A stretch of 64,000 nt of DNA from Botryllus schlosseri (lineage: Eukaryota), in NCBI GenBank assembly GCA_051294905.1, contig CM119371.1, forward strand, positions 434,001 through 498,000, written 5' to 3'. The translations under genes and the position numbers were made by a program. The notes below the pieces were generated by a model, which was not told the DNA's origin, ran no database searches, and saw only the letters and a program-made list of their open reading frames with translations. Each line of letters starts with the position of its first letter. Position 1 is the stretch's first letter. This document shows, one piece after another, positions 38,683-51,293 of the stretch.

Positions 38683-41600
38683 TAATCCAAGCTACCTCGG
38701 CTGTGTGGCTATTGCACTCTGGGCGTTTCTGTGCCAGGATATACCAAGACATTGAAATATTGCCGGAGGTGCTCAAGTAGGAGTTATGCATTACCAAATT
38801 TGAAGTGGAAGGAGCAATTTCCAAGACATGTAAAAACTATTTCAGGTGGAAGTACGAAATGAATTGAGTAGTATCAGAGAGTAGACTTTTTTCAATGGAT
38901 TCCATAATCCAGCAGTTAATCGGGGAGGCTAATTTCGAAATATGTATCTCTGTAGGCTAATTCAAAATGACTAATTTATGCGTCCACTATAGATAAAGAG
39001 GCTTTTTCGTGCTGTTGTTTAAACAAACTTATCCTGAAACTACCAGCCACCTTTCAAAATCCTAATTGTAAAGAATAAGTTGTCAGTTTTTCGTAAACTG
39101 TTCAGTGTTCAAGTAGAAGTTGGAGTAGTCTACACATAGTTGCTTGAGTAAGTGGTGCAAGTAGGCAAAACCTATTGAAGAATTCTGAAAGAGTAGGTGA
39201 GTGCAGTCGTGTAATTTCCTTGCCGAGTCATATCTTGATGGAAACCTCCCAAATGTACGAATGTTACATTGAATATATTGGATGGTTTTCTGTAGCCGAT
39301 GTTGATGCTTATTTATTTGCACAGAGAAATTCTGCGTATCTGTTGTGAAACTAATAACATACGTCTATCGTTATGTTGAATCGGGGAATTTGAAGTTGGC
39401 TCGTCTTGTTAGTTTTAATATCTGCCTTGCATAGAACGACATTATCCTTCCATTAGAATGGTCCACGTGTTAAGTTGAAAAATTTGGGAATGTGTGTGTT
39501 GCATTCAAAATTATTCGCACCTAGAAATTCCCTAGGCCTAGAACACAAATTGATAATGAACATCTTTGCACTGTTGAGGGTAAAGAGGAATTGCCCAATA
39601 CCCATTGCAAACTCTTCACATTCCAAAACTGATCTCGTACCTGCTGCCTCTTCAGATTTTAATTAATGTCATGCCTTGACGTAATCAAGTTTGACCTGCA
39701 TATTGAGTGACTACGGTAACCGATTTCAATTGATCACTGCTTCATATAATAATGATTTCTGTTCATATCCTTGCCATGTTTTTTATCATTCTATTCCTTG
39801 CTGTATGTGATGCCTTTTGCACATGGTTTTCCAATTTCTTTATCATGCATTACCTTGCTTCATGTGACACTGCCTTTGTACATATTATTGCCATGTCTTT
39901 TAGAATTCTTTTGCTAGATTGCGGTAATTGCTTCTTTTTCAAGTCTTGCCAATTTTTATAATTTTTTCATCGCTGCCTCAAATTACTGCCTCGAATTACT
40001 TGTGTGGATCACTCAAATTTTTCAACCAAACGTGCAACACCACAAGGACAAGGGTTTAATGTTCTGCCGTGACCCATACATCTTTGTGTATTTGTTACTA
40101 CTCACTATCGCCAACTGTACAGTTTCTCTGCATGTATAAATTTTGCAATATACTGATTTGCCCGATGACTGTGTGAATAGATGTTGTTGTATTAGGTTTC
40201 GGGGTATGATATTGGTGGATGAGATAGTACAGAAGTGGGAGACAGGGCTAGTGGTGGATTGCGGCGGCGGGCTGTGGCACCTATCCGGCATCGTGGGGCA
40301 CCCACGTGGTACCCCACCTAATACCGACAGATATAGCCGCCACAATTTTGTGGTTACCAGGTGGTTTCCCTCGCGGTCACCTGCTATCGACCCACGTTGG
40401 TCCCTTGTTGTCCCCAAGTGGCCGTGTTACCTGGGTTGGCGGGCCGGATTTTTTCTTAGTACTATATTTTACGCTCACTTCGGTATATTATCTTACATTG
40501 CTGCAATCTCAATCATACCAATCCGAAAACACATGTATTTACACTTCAACGACACAGAATAATTGTGACAATTGATGCAGCTTGCTTTGTGAAAGGTTTT
40601 CAACGTCTGGTACCAAGTCAGATGAAACAAGAATCAGACCCTATTCAAAATGGACGTCCGAAATACGTGATTTTAGCTTGCTCTTCGTGAATTTCATTGT
40701 TCAAAACTATTGTTTACACGCGTACGTGCTTCCAAAAATCGATGCAATTTCTTTTGCATTGCTGGTCAAGCTGGGATAGAGACCAATTTCAAGAACGTAC
40801 TCTTTGTCAAAGTCATGCAGCGATATGCTCTTTGTATGTAATTTGTCATTAAATGCACTGCATCGCATTTCAGAAAGGCTCATTTGAAATTTTCAGGCAA
40901 TGGTATTGGCGTCCACATTAAACAGAGTACTGAATAGTCAGAACCCAGCAAACACATAATTGCCTAGGGCTATCCAAGCAGTGTCCGAGTGTCCCAGTGT
41001 CCGGTTGGACAGACGTGGGCTAATACTTGGCTATCCAAGTTGGAAAATGTCCAGTTCGGATATCCTAGGACATACATACAGAAAATCATTTCGGATAGTC
41101 CACTAAAAGTCCCAATTCAATTTCCAATGGATATCATAATCTGACAGTGTGCGGATATTTCCATGTTGTATCAGCTAAAAAGTCAACCACTCAAGTTCTT
41201 GCTGATAAGGGCACATATTTCATCCTTTCAAAATGTTTCAAGAGTACAGTTCGAAAGAAAATCGCACGTTTACACACTGATATTCGGGATAGTCCACTGA
41301 AAGCGCGAATCAGAATTCCAATGGATATCATATTCGGACAGTGTGAGGAAAGCTCCATTTTGTTTCAGCTATAAAGTCAACCTCTCAATAACTCCCGACG
41401 CTGATATGCACAAATTGCACACATTTCAGTATTTCAAAATATTTCAATAGAATTTGAAGGAAAATCGTCACTGGACGTGATTCTTCATAGCGACGTCACG
41501 TAACCGGATTATGCATGCTGGCATTGAACGGTCAATATTCACTGTCGGGCCTACATTTCAAGCTTTTAAACATTGCCATTTCTGTGCCCTTTTAGCTGTC

Positions 41601-42229
41601 ATGTTACTGTTTGTTACTGCGGTGAACATTCGCAATTCCGAAAGATGTTACGAACTTTTCGCGTGCGTCATGCCGTGAGATGTTTAGCGTTTTTCACTTC
41701 AATGCGTTCAATGGGTCGGCAGAAATGGCGACTGCGCACAGTGAATCTGACTTGATCGCCATATAATTTACAGGGATTATATGCTGGTATATTGAATATT
41801 GGTATACTCTATTATCGACTTCGATAATGGTACATTCTCCTTCGTACTTTTATTTCGAGCATGTAATAAACTTTACAATTTGACAATTACAATTTTTGTA
41901 CCTCATAATGTTTTACCGATGTTATATAGCTAAGTGATGTTACCCCACTGAATACCACTCAACGATTGACGAGCTTTCCTCGTGCGTCGCGCCATGCGTG
42001 AAGTGAATGAGATCATTAGCCTTTTTCATCCATATGCGCAGTGGCGCATTGCGCAGTGAGCTCAGTTCACGTGATTCAAATTTTCGTCTGGGAAGGTTGA
42101 ACCGTGATTCTTTGAAGTGAATTGTTGTCAGCGGCGAGAAGCATTTTCGACATTTGCTGTGTGCCACTTAGCTCGGTGATTATATAATCATAACCACTGG
42201 TTGTAGCAGTGTAGTCAGTCAATGATAAT

Positions 42230-43040
42230 GATACGGTTATAGTCAGAAGTGGCGTATGTGCACAACGAAAATGCGCTTGGTTATTGAATCCCTATATAGT
42301 ATTAAAGAGCTATTATGACGGATGTTCGGTATAGGTAGGTAGGTAGGTTTAGAGTTGATATACTGTTATAGTACGTCCTTTTATTGTAACCAAACCTGAT
42401 TTCTTGATCAACATAAGGTAAGAGTTACTGTTTTGTGATTAATAACTGGAAATGGATTGGAAGCCGAAGGTAACACTTGACTGACCGCAAGCTATCAGAA
42501 TTTTTGAATGAGACCCGTAACCCAAATTGAGTGATAGACATCCCTACTCAAGAGTCGTGATTGCTGGTATTTCAATCATGATATTAATGCTTGGCTTCCA
42601 AATTGTAGTATTGAAGTACCGATATTCAATTCTACCCAGCGCTATGGTTTGAGTATTGCAATACTAACTTGGATAGCTCGGCATCGGATGCGGGGAAAAG
42701 ACGACGCATACGAAGATCTACCAAATATGATTCCGATTCAAGGTCTGATTCGGGTGGTCACGAGAAGATTCAAAGAAAATGCACATGTTCCACTGATACC
42801 AGTGATCCAATATGGAATCGGTGTCTCGTGCACACCAAAGATTCTACTAACTGTTCTCACGGTGTGATACTGCACACCAAATATATTACGCTAAACGTAC
42901 CGGGATTCCAACCCGGCCAGTGATACTGATCTTGCTGCAGCTCGGGCGAAACAGTTCGAAAAGAAATCTCAGCATCTTGAAGAAATGTGAAGGAAGAAAT
43001 CTGCCAGTAACGTCGTGATTTTACGGACAGTGCATCACCA
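42230..43040 (+). pseudogene. N-terminal remnant of a probable DUF4806-family accessory gene (E4)
   Basis: TNLDSSASDAGKRRRIRRSTKYDSDSRSDS resembles the acidic/basic linker of the other copies. The DUF4806 domain itself is not seen. Confidence 0.45.
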
Positions 43041-43254
43041 ATTTACCAAATGCAGGTTAGAGCTTATTTCCTCCATGTGGTATCAAAACAGCATCTGCAG
43101 TTATCACCGTTTGATTTGTAAAAAAATTATTTAACTCTTATAGTCTAGAAAGCTGAGCTGGGTATACCGTATGTAAGTTATGAATTATTTGAAATTTTCT
43201 ATGCTCAGCTCATGCAATGATGACTGTAGAAACTTCCAATTTGATAACTCAGCG

Positions 43255-46116
43255 TTAATGTTAAAGCTGGCGACCAGAATGAACAATTTAATTAGACGGG
43301 TCTCAATCGAAAGCTACTTTCGCACTGACTCTGAAAAGAGAAATTAAAATCTGGTCCGGGCACTGGAACGCCCCGGAAATCGCCCTCGAAAGGCCAAAGT
43401 CGGTATTTTTTCTATCAAATGTAACGTCGGTAGACTATGACCATAGTGTCCTATATGGTGTCGACACAAGCAAATCGCACGGTTCAATGAAATTGTATCA
43501 CGTCACAGTTTGCATTTGGCTACAGGCAATTTGACGGTGATTTTTGACCGGCTTGCAGAGCATTAAATTTGATGAATCGGGTATCAATCGAAAGCTGACT
43601 CTGCATTGATTACGAAAATATAAATTTTATTCCGCTCGCGGCCCTGGAACCCCCACAATCAGCCCCCAATTATTCATTGTCGAGTAGATTGGCAGTGTGA
43701 CGCAACAATGCTGTCTGGCGAAACGAGTGACTAGCTCAAGAGCAAGGATGCGGCCGAGCGGCGGGAGTGGGATCAGCTGACGTCGCGGCAATAGCGATGT
43801 GCAAACGCGCCACAGAGAAACGCTGCGCTGTTGATACTTTTTCTATGCGTTTCGGTACAAGCGAGCACACACCAGCCTTTCCTTGGCTTGTAAGGGTAGA
43901 ACTGGGTCCACAGAATGTATAAGGGCCCGACCAATTTTCGCGCAATATCCTTCAGCTGATAAAGATATGTAGGCTACGTCTAAGTAGTCTACATTGGATA
44001 TGTCAGATTATTATGATATCGATTGTCTTAGCCCGCTTGTTGCGTAGGGCTCCAGAGACACGTCGCGCTGTTGATGGCGGGTGTCGATACTTTCTATAGT
44101 CGCTTTTATGGTTAAGTGTGAGCAAGGAGCATTGAGCATGAGCATACATTACAAGCTTTTATTTGATCCGTATGGGTAGGATTTGGTCCGCGAATGCATC
44201 AGGTAAAATGTTGATTGTTGAATAAAGTTTAACAGCAGGAGTGTCGAATTAAACTGGTATCGCTGTCCGGATTCAATCCGTTAGCAGAAAGCTTGCGGGC
44301 CATACCTGCCAAATGATTCCAAAATGTTACCACCAAATTCATACCTTTGTTTTTCACTGGAATATATCTGATATCACTATAAACGTTGACGTTGGAATTT
44401 GGTTTAGCATTTTTCAATCACCAAATAGTTTTTTTGACTGCCGGGGACCTTTTGCGTCAAAAGTAATACAGTGGTATCACAGATATTTGAATTATATTCA
44501 TTCTGTAGCCTGTATATATATTCCTAATGTAACTTACGTAAAACGGATTTGCAGTATTGTTTTCGCTTTTGTGAATAACTGAATGTCCATTGTCCATTCG
44601 GCCCAACAGAGTTTGCACTTTTTCGCCTTCTCGGAATTTGGCAAGGTCACCGACGTGGTGCTTATGGGGACTAGAGTGAAAACTCAACACTGTAGTTGTA
44701 TTACTACAATATGATATATTTACATTATCTAAATTTGCGGTCTTGAGTGAATCTTATTACTTGAAAGTATATTTTTCTTACTAGAAATATCTCTAACAGC
44801 TGAAGGATTGCGCGAAAATTGGTAGGGACCAAATACATTCTGTGGATCCAGTTCTACAATTACAAGTCAAGGAAAGGCTGGTGTGTGCTCGCTTTTAGCG
44901 AAGCGCATAGAAAAAGTATCAACAGCGACACGCATCTCTGGAGCCCTACGCAACAAGCGGGCTAGGCAATCGATATCATAATAATCTGACATATCCAATG
45001 TAGACTACTTAGACGTAGCCTACATATCTCTATCAGCTGAAGGATATTGCGCGAAAATTGGTAGGGCCCTAATGCATTCCGTGGACCCAGTTCTACCCTT
45101 ACAAGTCAAGGAAAGGCTGGTGTGTGCTCGCTTGTACCGAGACGCATAGAAAAAGTATCAACAGCGCAGCGCTTCTCTGTGGCGCGGTTGCACATTGCTA
45201 TTGCCGCGACGTCAGCTGATCCCACTCTCGCCGCTCGGCCGCATCCTTGCTCTTGAGCTAGTCACTCGTTTCGCCAGACATCATTGTTGCGTCACACTGC
45301 CAATCTTCTCGACAATGAATAATTTGGGGCAGATTGTGGGGGTTCCAGGGCCATGAGTGGAATAAAATTTATATTTTCGCAAGCAGTATAGCGTCAGCTT
45401 TCGATTGATACCCGAATCATAAAATTTAATGCTCGGCAAGTCGGTCAAAAATCACCGTCAAATTGCCTGTAGCCAAATGGAAACTGTGACGTGATACAAT
45501 TTCATTGAACCGTGCGATTTGCTTGTGTCGACACCATATAGGACACTATGCTATGACCGTTCAATGTCTCGTACTGATTGTGACATCATTGGGCGGGCGC
45601 CTTGGCGAAGTCGCTTGCCGTGTTCCCCGTGATTCTCAGAGTATAGCGCGTCGTATCAATGGCTGTAGCGCAAATAAGTCGTAATGTGAATAGTTTGTGT
45701 ATTTTATGCGTCGTCGCGTATTCAAAATTTTGGATAAGTATAAATTATAGCACAAAAGCTTAAACATATATCGTAGAATTTACTATCAACGCGTATTTCT
45801 TGGTACGCAACAGGCCGATCTACAAAACAGTTTGTTCCATTCGGCACAGCGGTTCTTGAATTTCATTGTAATATATATTCAGCACGACTTCGCCAAGGCG
45901 TTCAATGATGTCACAATCAGTTCTACACATTTGATTTGTCATTGTCTACTGCCGCTACCTTTGTTAGAAACAATGCAGATTTTAAAAGCAATTTTTTTTT
46001 GGTTTTAGTGCCCGTACCAGATTTTAATTTATATTTTCTGAATCAGTGCAAAAGCAGCTTTATATTGAGACCTGTTTTATAAAATTTTGCGCTCTGTTCG
46101 CCAGCTATAAGATTAC
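43255..46116. mobile_element. MITE with ~150-bp TIRs, host of the P-like insertion
   Basis: agctggcgaccag...aaaatctggtccgggcact at left is inverted to agtgcccgtaccagatttt...ctgttcgccagct at right. A second copy lies at ~17750-18240. Confidence 0.7.
43442..45550. mobile_element. P-superfamily (Galileo-like) foldback element, non-autonomous
   Basis: ctatgac|CATAGTGTCCTATATGG ... CCATATAGGACACTATG|ctatgac, giving a perfect 7-bp TSD. Arms of ~750 bp contain a ~237-bp internal repeat (44797, 45034). Confidence 0.8.
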
Positions 46117-46774
46117 CATTATTTGACTGCGTTTAATCAACCCATGTCCGTTATTGCGTGTTTGAGTTGCCACTGACTGTTATTTATCTGTTCAGATACG
46201 TTGTCTCAGCAAGTAGCCCTTCCTAGAGAGAGTCGTCTAGGTTCATTCTGCTGGGAATTTCCTACTGGAAATGGTGAGTATATGGTATATTTAATTGATT
46301 AGCCCTGAGTTTCCCAATAGAGTGGCAACTGATGAAGTTGAGCAGAACTGGGAAGAAAGCTCTGTGTGCACTGAGTTTATACTAGGGTTGGATTATCCGG
46401 ATAACGGTTAACCGGTTAACCGGTTAACCGCAGGTATTTTCACTATCTGATATCCGGATATTTTTCTGTCGGTTAGCCGGATAAAAAAGGACCGTTGCTA
46501 ATGCATTTTACACGTTTTAGTGAGCTTCAATAAGTAGTATTCAGTGTTGGCGCGGCCGATTAACGGGAAGCGTGTTGCCAATTAGCGAGATGCGTCTGTA
46601 CACATTGCACAATGTAATGTGACGCGATCTCCTGCTGAGAAGATCGTTAAATTAGGCCATTGATTGCCGCGCGCCCGGCTATCGTCTCTGGCCTGATTTA
46701 TCGCGTCTTCAACAAACCGATAGTCCCACTGGATTGAAGAATCACATCTGCAATAGGCCATGTGCAGTGTACAC

Positions 46775-49239
46775 TAGGGTTGTTCAGAATTGATCGACTT
46801 TCAAAATGTCGTGGTTTTCAGTCCGATTCCCATGCCTTATACCATAAAAACATATTCTAGGTACTTTTTTTCGTAATTCATCCCTTGCATCCGTGTGCAT
46901 ATTGAGCTGGAAGAATATCGGCTAAAAAATAGGGGATTCCCCTAAAATTTGAGTGTCGCTATTCGGACTAGGTTAGTAAAACGTCATATATAAGCTGGTT
47001 TTATGTATCTATTGCGGTTGGAGTGCTACATAACCTCACTATAGAAAGTATTGTCAGTTCAGGACACCATTTTCATGTCCCACACTGCCATAGAACTCCT
47101 CAAAACTGCCTAAGACTGATAGTCATTTTGTTGGATCACCTATCCTACACTCCTCAACCCTACCCGAGATTGTTCATCAATTGCCGGGATCACCACGTGC
47201 AAGAATACAACTGTAAATGTATCATTCACTCACAGCCACATTACAAACATCACATTGTTCAAAGGAAACGAAACAAAAAGGCAAAGAAACAGATCAACTT
47301 GGCAAATACTACTTAAATCAGGTCCGGATGAAATGGTTGCTTTAGAGAAATCGGCATATCTGTTCCCGTTATCTTCCACGGCTTGTAAGAGGCTCGCTCG
47401 CTGTTCTTTGTCATCTGTTTTGAAAGCATCAAAGTCGGTATTCAATTTCACCGAACGCTCTGCTGCGCCGTTAACTATTTCAACGCTACTCACAAATTCT
47501 TGAGCAGTCACGAAATGCGAATCAGTATGCCATTCCTAAACTGGAAGACTAAACCAATCATGTTCGACATGTATAGCATTGAATAGAAACCATGATTCCG
47601 GTTCAATTAAAGCAACCATAGGCCTACTCATTGACTCAGAGACAGAGTCAGAGATTAGACTCAGAGGTATAGCCTACCTCTGCGAAATTGTTCAAGGATT
47701 GGCATTTGCAGCAATTTAGCAGCCATCGCTTCCTTCACTTTGTCAGGAATCTTTGGTTTAGCCAAGAACATTGTTGATACCACCGTTTCCTCGGTAAAAT
47801 GCCAATGATGTTCTCGCATCTTTTTATATGCCACATCAGCAACTGTGAAATCGCACAATGAAAAGTCTGTCATGCCATGAAGGAATTTGAGATCAATATA
47901 CTGTGCGTCACATGCATTACCAGTTTTCAACCAAGCTGGGACATAAAACAGGGCAACTTTCTAATGAACTCTTCAGAATAGCCCATTTGCTCTCTCCACA
48001 TGAACATTTTTGACAGTACAGCACTTGACTCATCCATCCAGTGCTATTAGTAGCACCAGGCTTGTGAAAACGATTATCAATAAATTGGGCAGCTACAATC
48101 GCCAAGGTGCCTGTTGCACATTCTCTGTAGTCATTTATTATCAAGACTTCTTTCTGTTTTCCATTATATGGCTTCATCAGTGGAATTATTTCTTGCTTAG
48201 CTTCATCAGCTTTGATCGCCAACCAGCTGCATTCATCAAACTGAAGTGTTTTAGAGCTTCTTAATTGATTAATATCTTTCCACTTCTTGGAAGGAATTAA
48301 AATCTGTATTTTCAGGGCCTGTGGTCGCAGATCCAAACACACTTCACTTCCAGACCTCCCCGGATGACTAGTTCATAAATATGATGGCGACAAGCAGAAG
48401 AATAAAGTAGAAAACTTTCCTGTTTATCAATTCTTCAAGTAACAGAACCGCACCTTTATTTTTTCCATTGTTTGAGGGTGTTGTGTCAAACACAAGAGCT
48501 CTGACATTATTTGTTAAATTATAAAGTTCCAGCAGTTCAAATGACAGATCAGCCTGTGCTTTTCCTGTAGCACTCTCCAGAGTTCGATTGCCAAGAAGTT
48601 TGCCTTTCTCAAATGCGTTGGAATACGCAGACTATGCCAGCACTGCCAAGGCCTCAAATTTCCCTCCGAAACGACTTCTAGTGAGCTTTGCATCCCACTG
48701 CAATGCAATGTGCCAAGTTGATCTGTTTCTTTGCCTATTTGTTTCGTTTCCTTTGAACAATGTGATGTTTATAATGTGGCTGTGAGTGAATGATACATTT
48801 ACAGTTGTATTCTTGCACGTGGTGATCCCGGCAATTGATGAACAATCTCGGGTAGGGTTGAGGAGTGTAGGATAGGTGATCCAACAAAATGACTATCAGT
48901 CTTAGGCAGTTTTGAGGAGTTCTATGGCAGTGTGGGACATGAAAATGGTGTCCTGAACTGACAATACTTTCTATAGTGAGGTTATGTAGCACTCCAACCG
49001 CAATAGCTACATAAAACCAGCTTATATATGACGTTTTACTAACCTAGTCCGAATAGCGACACTCAAATTTTAGGGGAATCCCCTATTTTTAGCCGATATT
49101 CTTCCAGCTCAATGTGCACACGGATGCAAGGGATGAATTACGAAAAAAAGTACCTAGAATGTGTTTTTATGGTATAAGGCATGGGAATCGGACTGAAAAC
49201 CACGACATTTTGAAAGTCGATCAATTTTGAACAACCCTA
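46775..49239. mobile_element. hAT-like transposon with ~530-bp near-identical TIRs
   Basis: gtgtacac|TAGGGTTGTTCA ... TGAACAACCCTA|gtgtacac; arms 46775-47304 and 48711-49239. Confidence 0.92.
47305..48710 (-). pseudogene. 5'-truncated, frameshifted DDE transposase (divergent hAT-like group)
   Basis: Motifs in order: VRALVFDTTPSNNG, ACRHHIYELV, FHKPGA...WM, HHWHFTEE, IVNGAAERSVKL..DF..TDDKEQRASLLQAVE. Confidence 0.88.
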
Positions 49240-49752
49240 GTGTACACACTATTCCATCGCTGGCCTGCACAATCGCATCTTCATTGGCTTGGTGCTCACG
49301 ATATTATCGTTGACCTACACAATCGCATCTGCAATAGGCCTACGAACGATATAATCGCTGGCCTAACCATCTCGGACCCAGCATGCATTGGCTCCTATCT
49401 CTCGATGGCTTGTTGACGATATGCCGTTAAGTGTATTCTAATTAGTGATTCTGAGAGTGACACCGCGAAACTGAATGACATCGAATGTTCGCAAAAATGT
49501 GCGTGCGTGCAAGCGTAATTGATTTTCGCTGATGATTAATTCGAAAAAAAAATCGAAACCCCCTGATTTTATTTCAATCCCCCTACATTTTCGGCTGGCT
49601 GCGTGCCTGATCACGTGAATTAGAGCGAGGTATCATGTCGGCATCAATTCCAGTATCAGCTAGTCGTCCTTCTAGTACTCCAAACCTAAACATAAGGATG
49701 ATCAAAAGGATGTAAAGCCGTTGAAGTTTCCGGCGTACGACCTGCCAACCTT

Positions 49753-49900
49753 TTGACTCTCTACGAAGCGCTGCTTTCTATTCAGCCCACTTCCGTGGAA
49801 GCTGAAAAAGCATTCAATGAACGTGGACTCTTTGTTACAAAATTCCGGTCCCGGCTACAGGATCCCACAATTGATGCATCTGTGCTTTATAAAGAGGGCA
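49753..49900 (+). pseudogene. hAT transposase C-terminal dimerisation-domain fragment
   Basis: ALLSIQPTSVEAEKAF..GLFVTKFRSRLQDPTID. Confidence 0.8.
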
Positions 49901-51174
49901 TTGCAGAAGCAGTGAACATTAAATTTGTGTGGTTTTTCTCGTATTCGCTCATACTGCGCGCGTAGGTAGGTACTCTACAATAACACTGTGTAATGATTTT
50001 GCGATCCGTTTTACATGCAGACCTAATGAAATCGATTGTCTCACTTAGCAGTTATTATCCGGTTAACCGGTTAGATAAATTCCAAAATATCCGGATATAT
50101 CCGTTATCCGGATAGTGAAAATTATTGATATCCGAACTAACCCTAGTTTATACAATATATTATATATCGTAGGTTGAACTAGTTGTCGTCTCTATGTATT
50201 GTTTACTATAATCTTCCTGTTTAGGTGCTTGTTGCAATATTCTACGACTGTTCCGGAAAAGGAATACGAGATTGAAGTCAGATCGGTGTTGCGCCATGCA
50301 CCATCCAAAAACAGAAATCAGCAATACGAGGTAGATGCAATATATTGATTGTCTAAATATATTGCGCAGAGGGGATAATGGTGATATTGCATAACCATAC
50401 TCATAGGCGTCGACTTCTTTTTTACATAGGGTGACCAGATGAAACAAGGGAGGGGTTTGAAATTTCTCCAAATTTACCAAGTTAGCATCATTTATTACGG
50501 TTAAGTACATGCATCTTCTTATGTTTCAGTATTAGCGCGAATCAATTACATTCGTTCGCGTCTGTTCGTGGCCAATTGCGCAGATTCAGGTTTATTCAAT
50601 TTGACGCTGGCAGTCTTAAGCCAGTATAACATAACAATCAAATAAGTAGAGATAGCAGGCAAATCATATGATGTCTGTAGCAGACGCTATAGTTTAGGCC
50701 AGCAATGTTATCACACACGCGATTATAGCGTGCATGCGGACGCGCTAAATGGTTTGAAATTCGATCCGCGATATGGTTGAGCTCGAGTCCGTCCAGCAAT
50801 GAAGTTTATTGTATTGGAAAATAGAAGGTTCCCGTTCGAACTAATCGAATAAATTCAGAATTTACGCCACAGAAAACCTCGTGTTGCATCACTATTTGAC
50901 AACGTAATTTAACGCCGTGCACTGCACAATGCGCAGTATTACCAACGAATCAAACACCGACACGGCGACACGTGACATCGAGGAAATGCGAGTGTATAAA
51001 CCAGACAAGAATTAGTAGCCCACAGATGATAGCAGACGAAAAAGCACGCATCCGAGGCCTACGATACGAATATTGTAGGCCTCGCCTGGCGCATCTAATC
51101 AGTAATTCACCAACTTGAATACAGCACAATGGGTCGGAACCTAGTCTGACAACACGACAAATGCATGTCGAAAT

Positions 51175-51293
51175 CCCGGGTTACAATTTATTGGGGCGTT
51201 TCAAGCATTAGTTTGTCGCCGCCTACGAAGCTGCCCGGGTTACAATTTATTGGGGCGTTTCAAGCATTAGTTTGTCGCCGCCTACGAAGCTGC
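51175..51293. repeat. Perfect 59-bp tandem duplication
   Basis: cccgggttacaatttattggggcgtttcaagcattagtttgtcgccgcctacgaagctg at 51175 and 51234. Confidence 0.95.

Larger units (their letters stand above)
28270..40435. mobile_element. EnSpm/CACTA-like element E3 (12.2 kb with nested insertions)
   Basis: tt|cccaggtaacacgcacacttgg ... ccaagtggccgtgttacctggg|tt. Shared subterminal cccacgtggta motifs at both ends; carries a DUF4806 gene. Confidence 0.8.
40944..46255. mobile_element. EnSpm/CACTA-like element E4
   Basis: aa|cccagcaaacac ... tctgctggg|aa. Subterminal ~194-bp direct repeat (41094, 41288). The right TIR is only a short match. Confidence 0.6.
46383..50145. mobile_element. hAT element (deleted) with nested insertions
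   Basis: tagggtt...aacccta termini, perfect TSD gtttatac, and subterminal atccggat / ccggttaaccgg palindromes. Confidence 0.88.

Noticed and set aside
38700..40140. CACTA transposase remnant in E3
   Set aside because: This is the expected position, but I could not read any diagnostic motif, so it is left uncalled.
47023..48992. Identical ORFs 47023-47316 and 48735-48992 as duplicated genes
   Set aside because: They are chance frames within the two TIR arms of one transposon.
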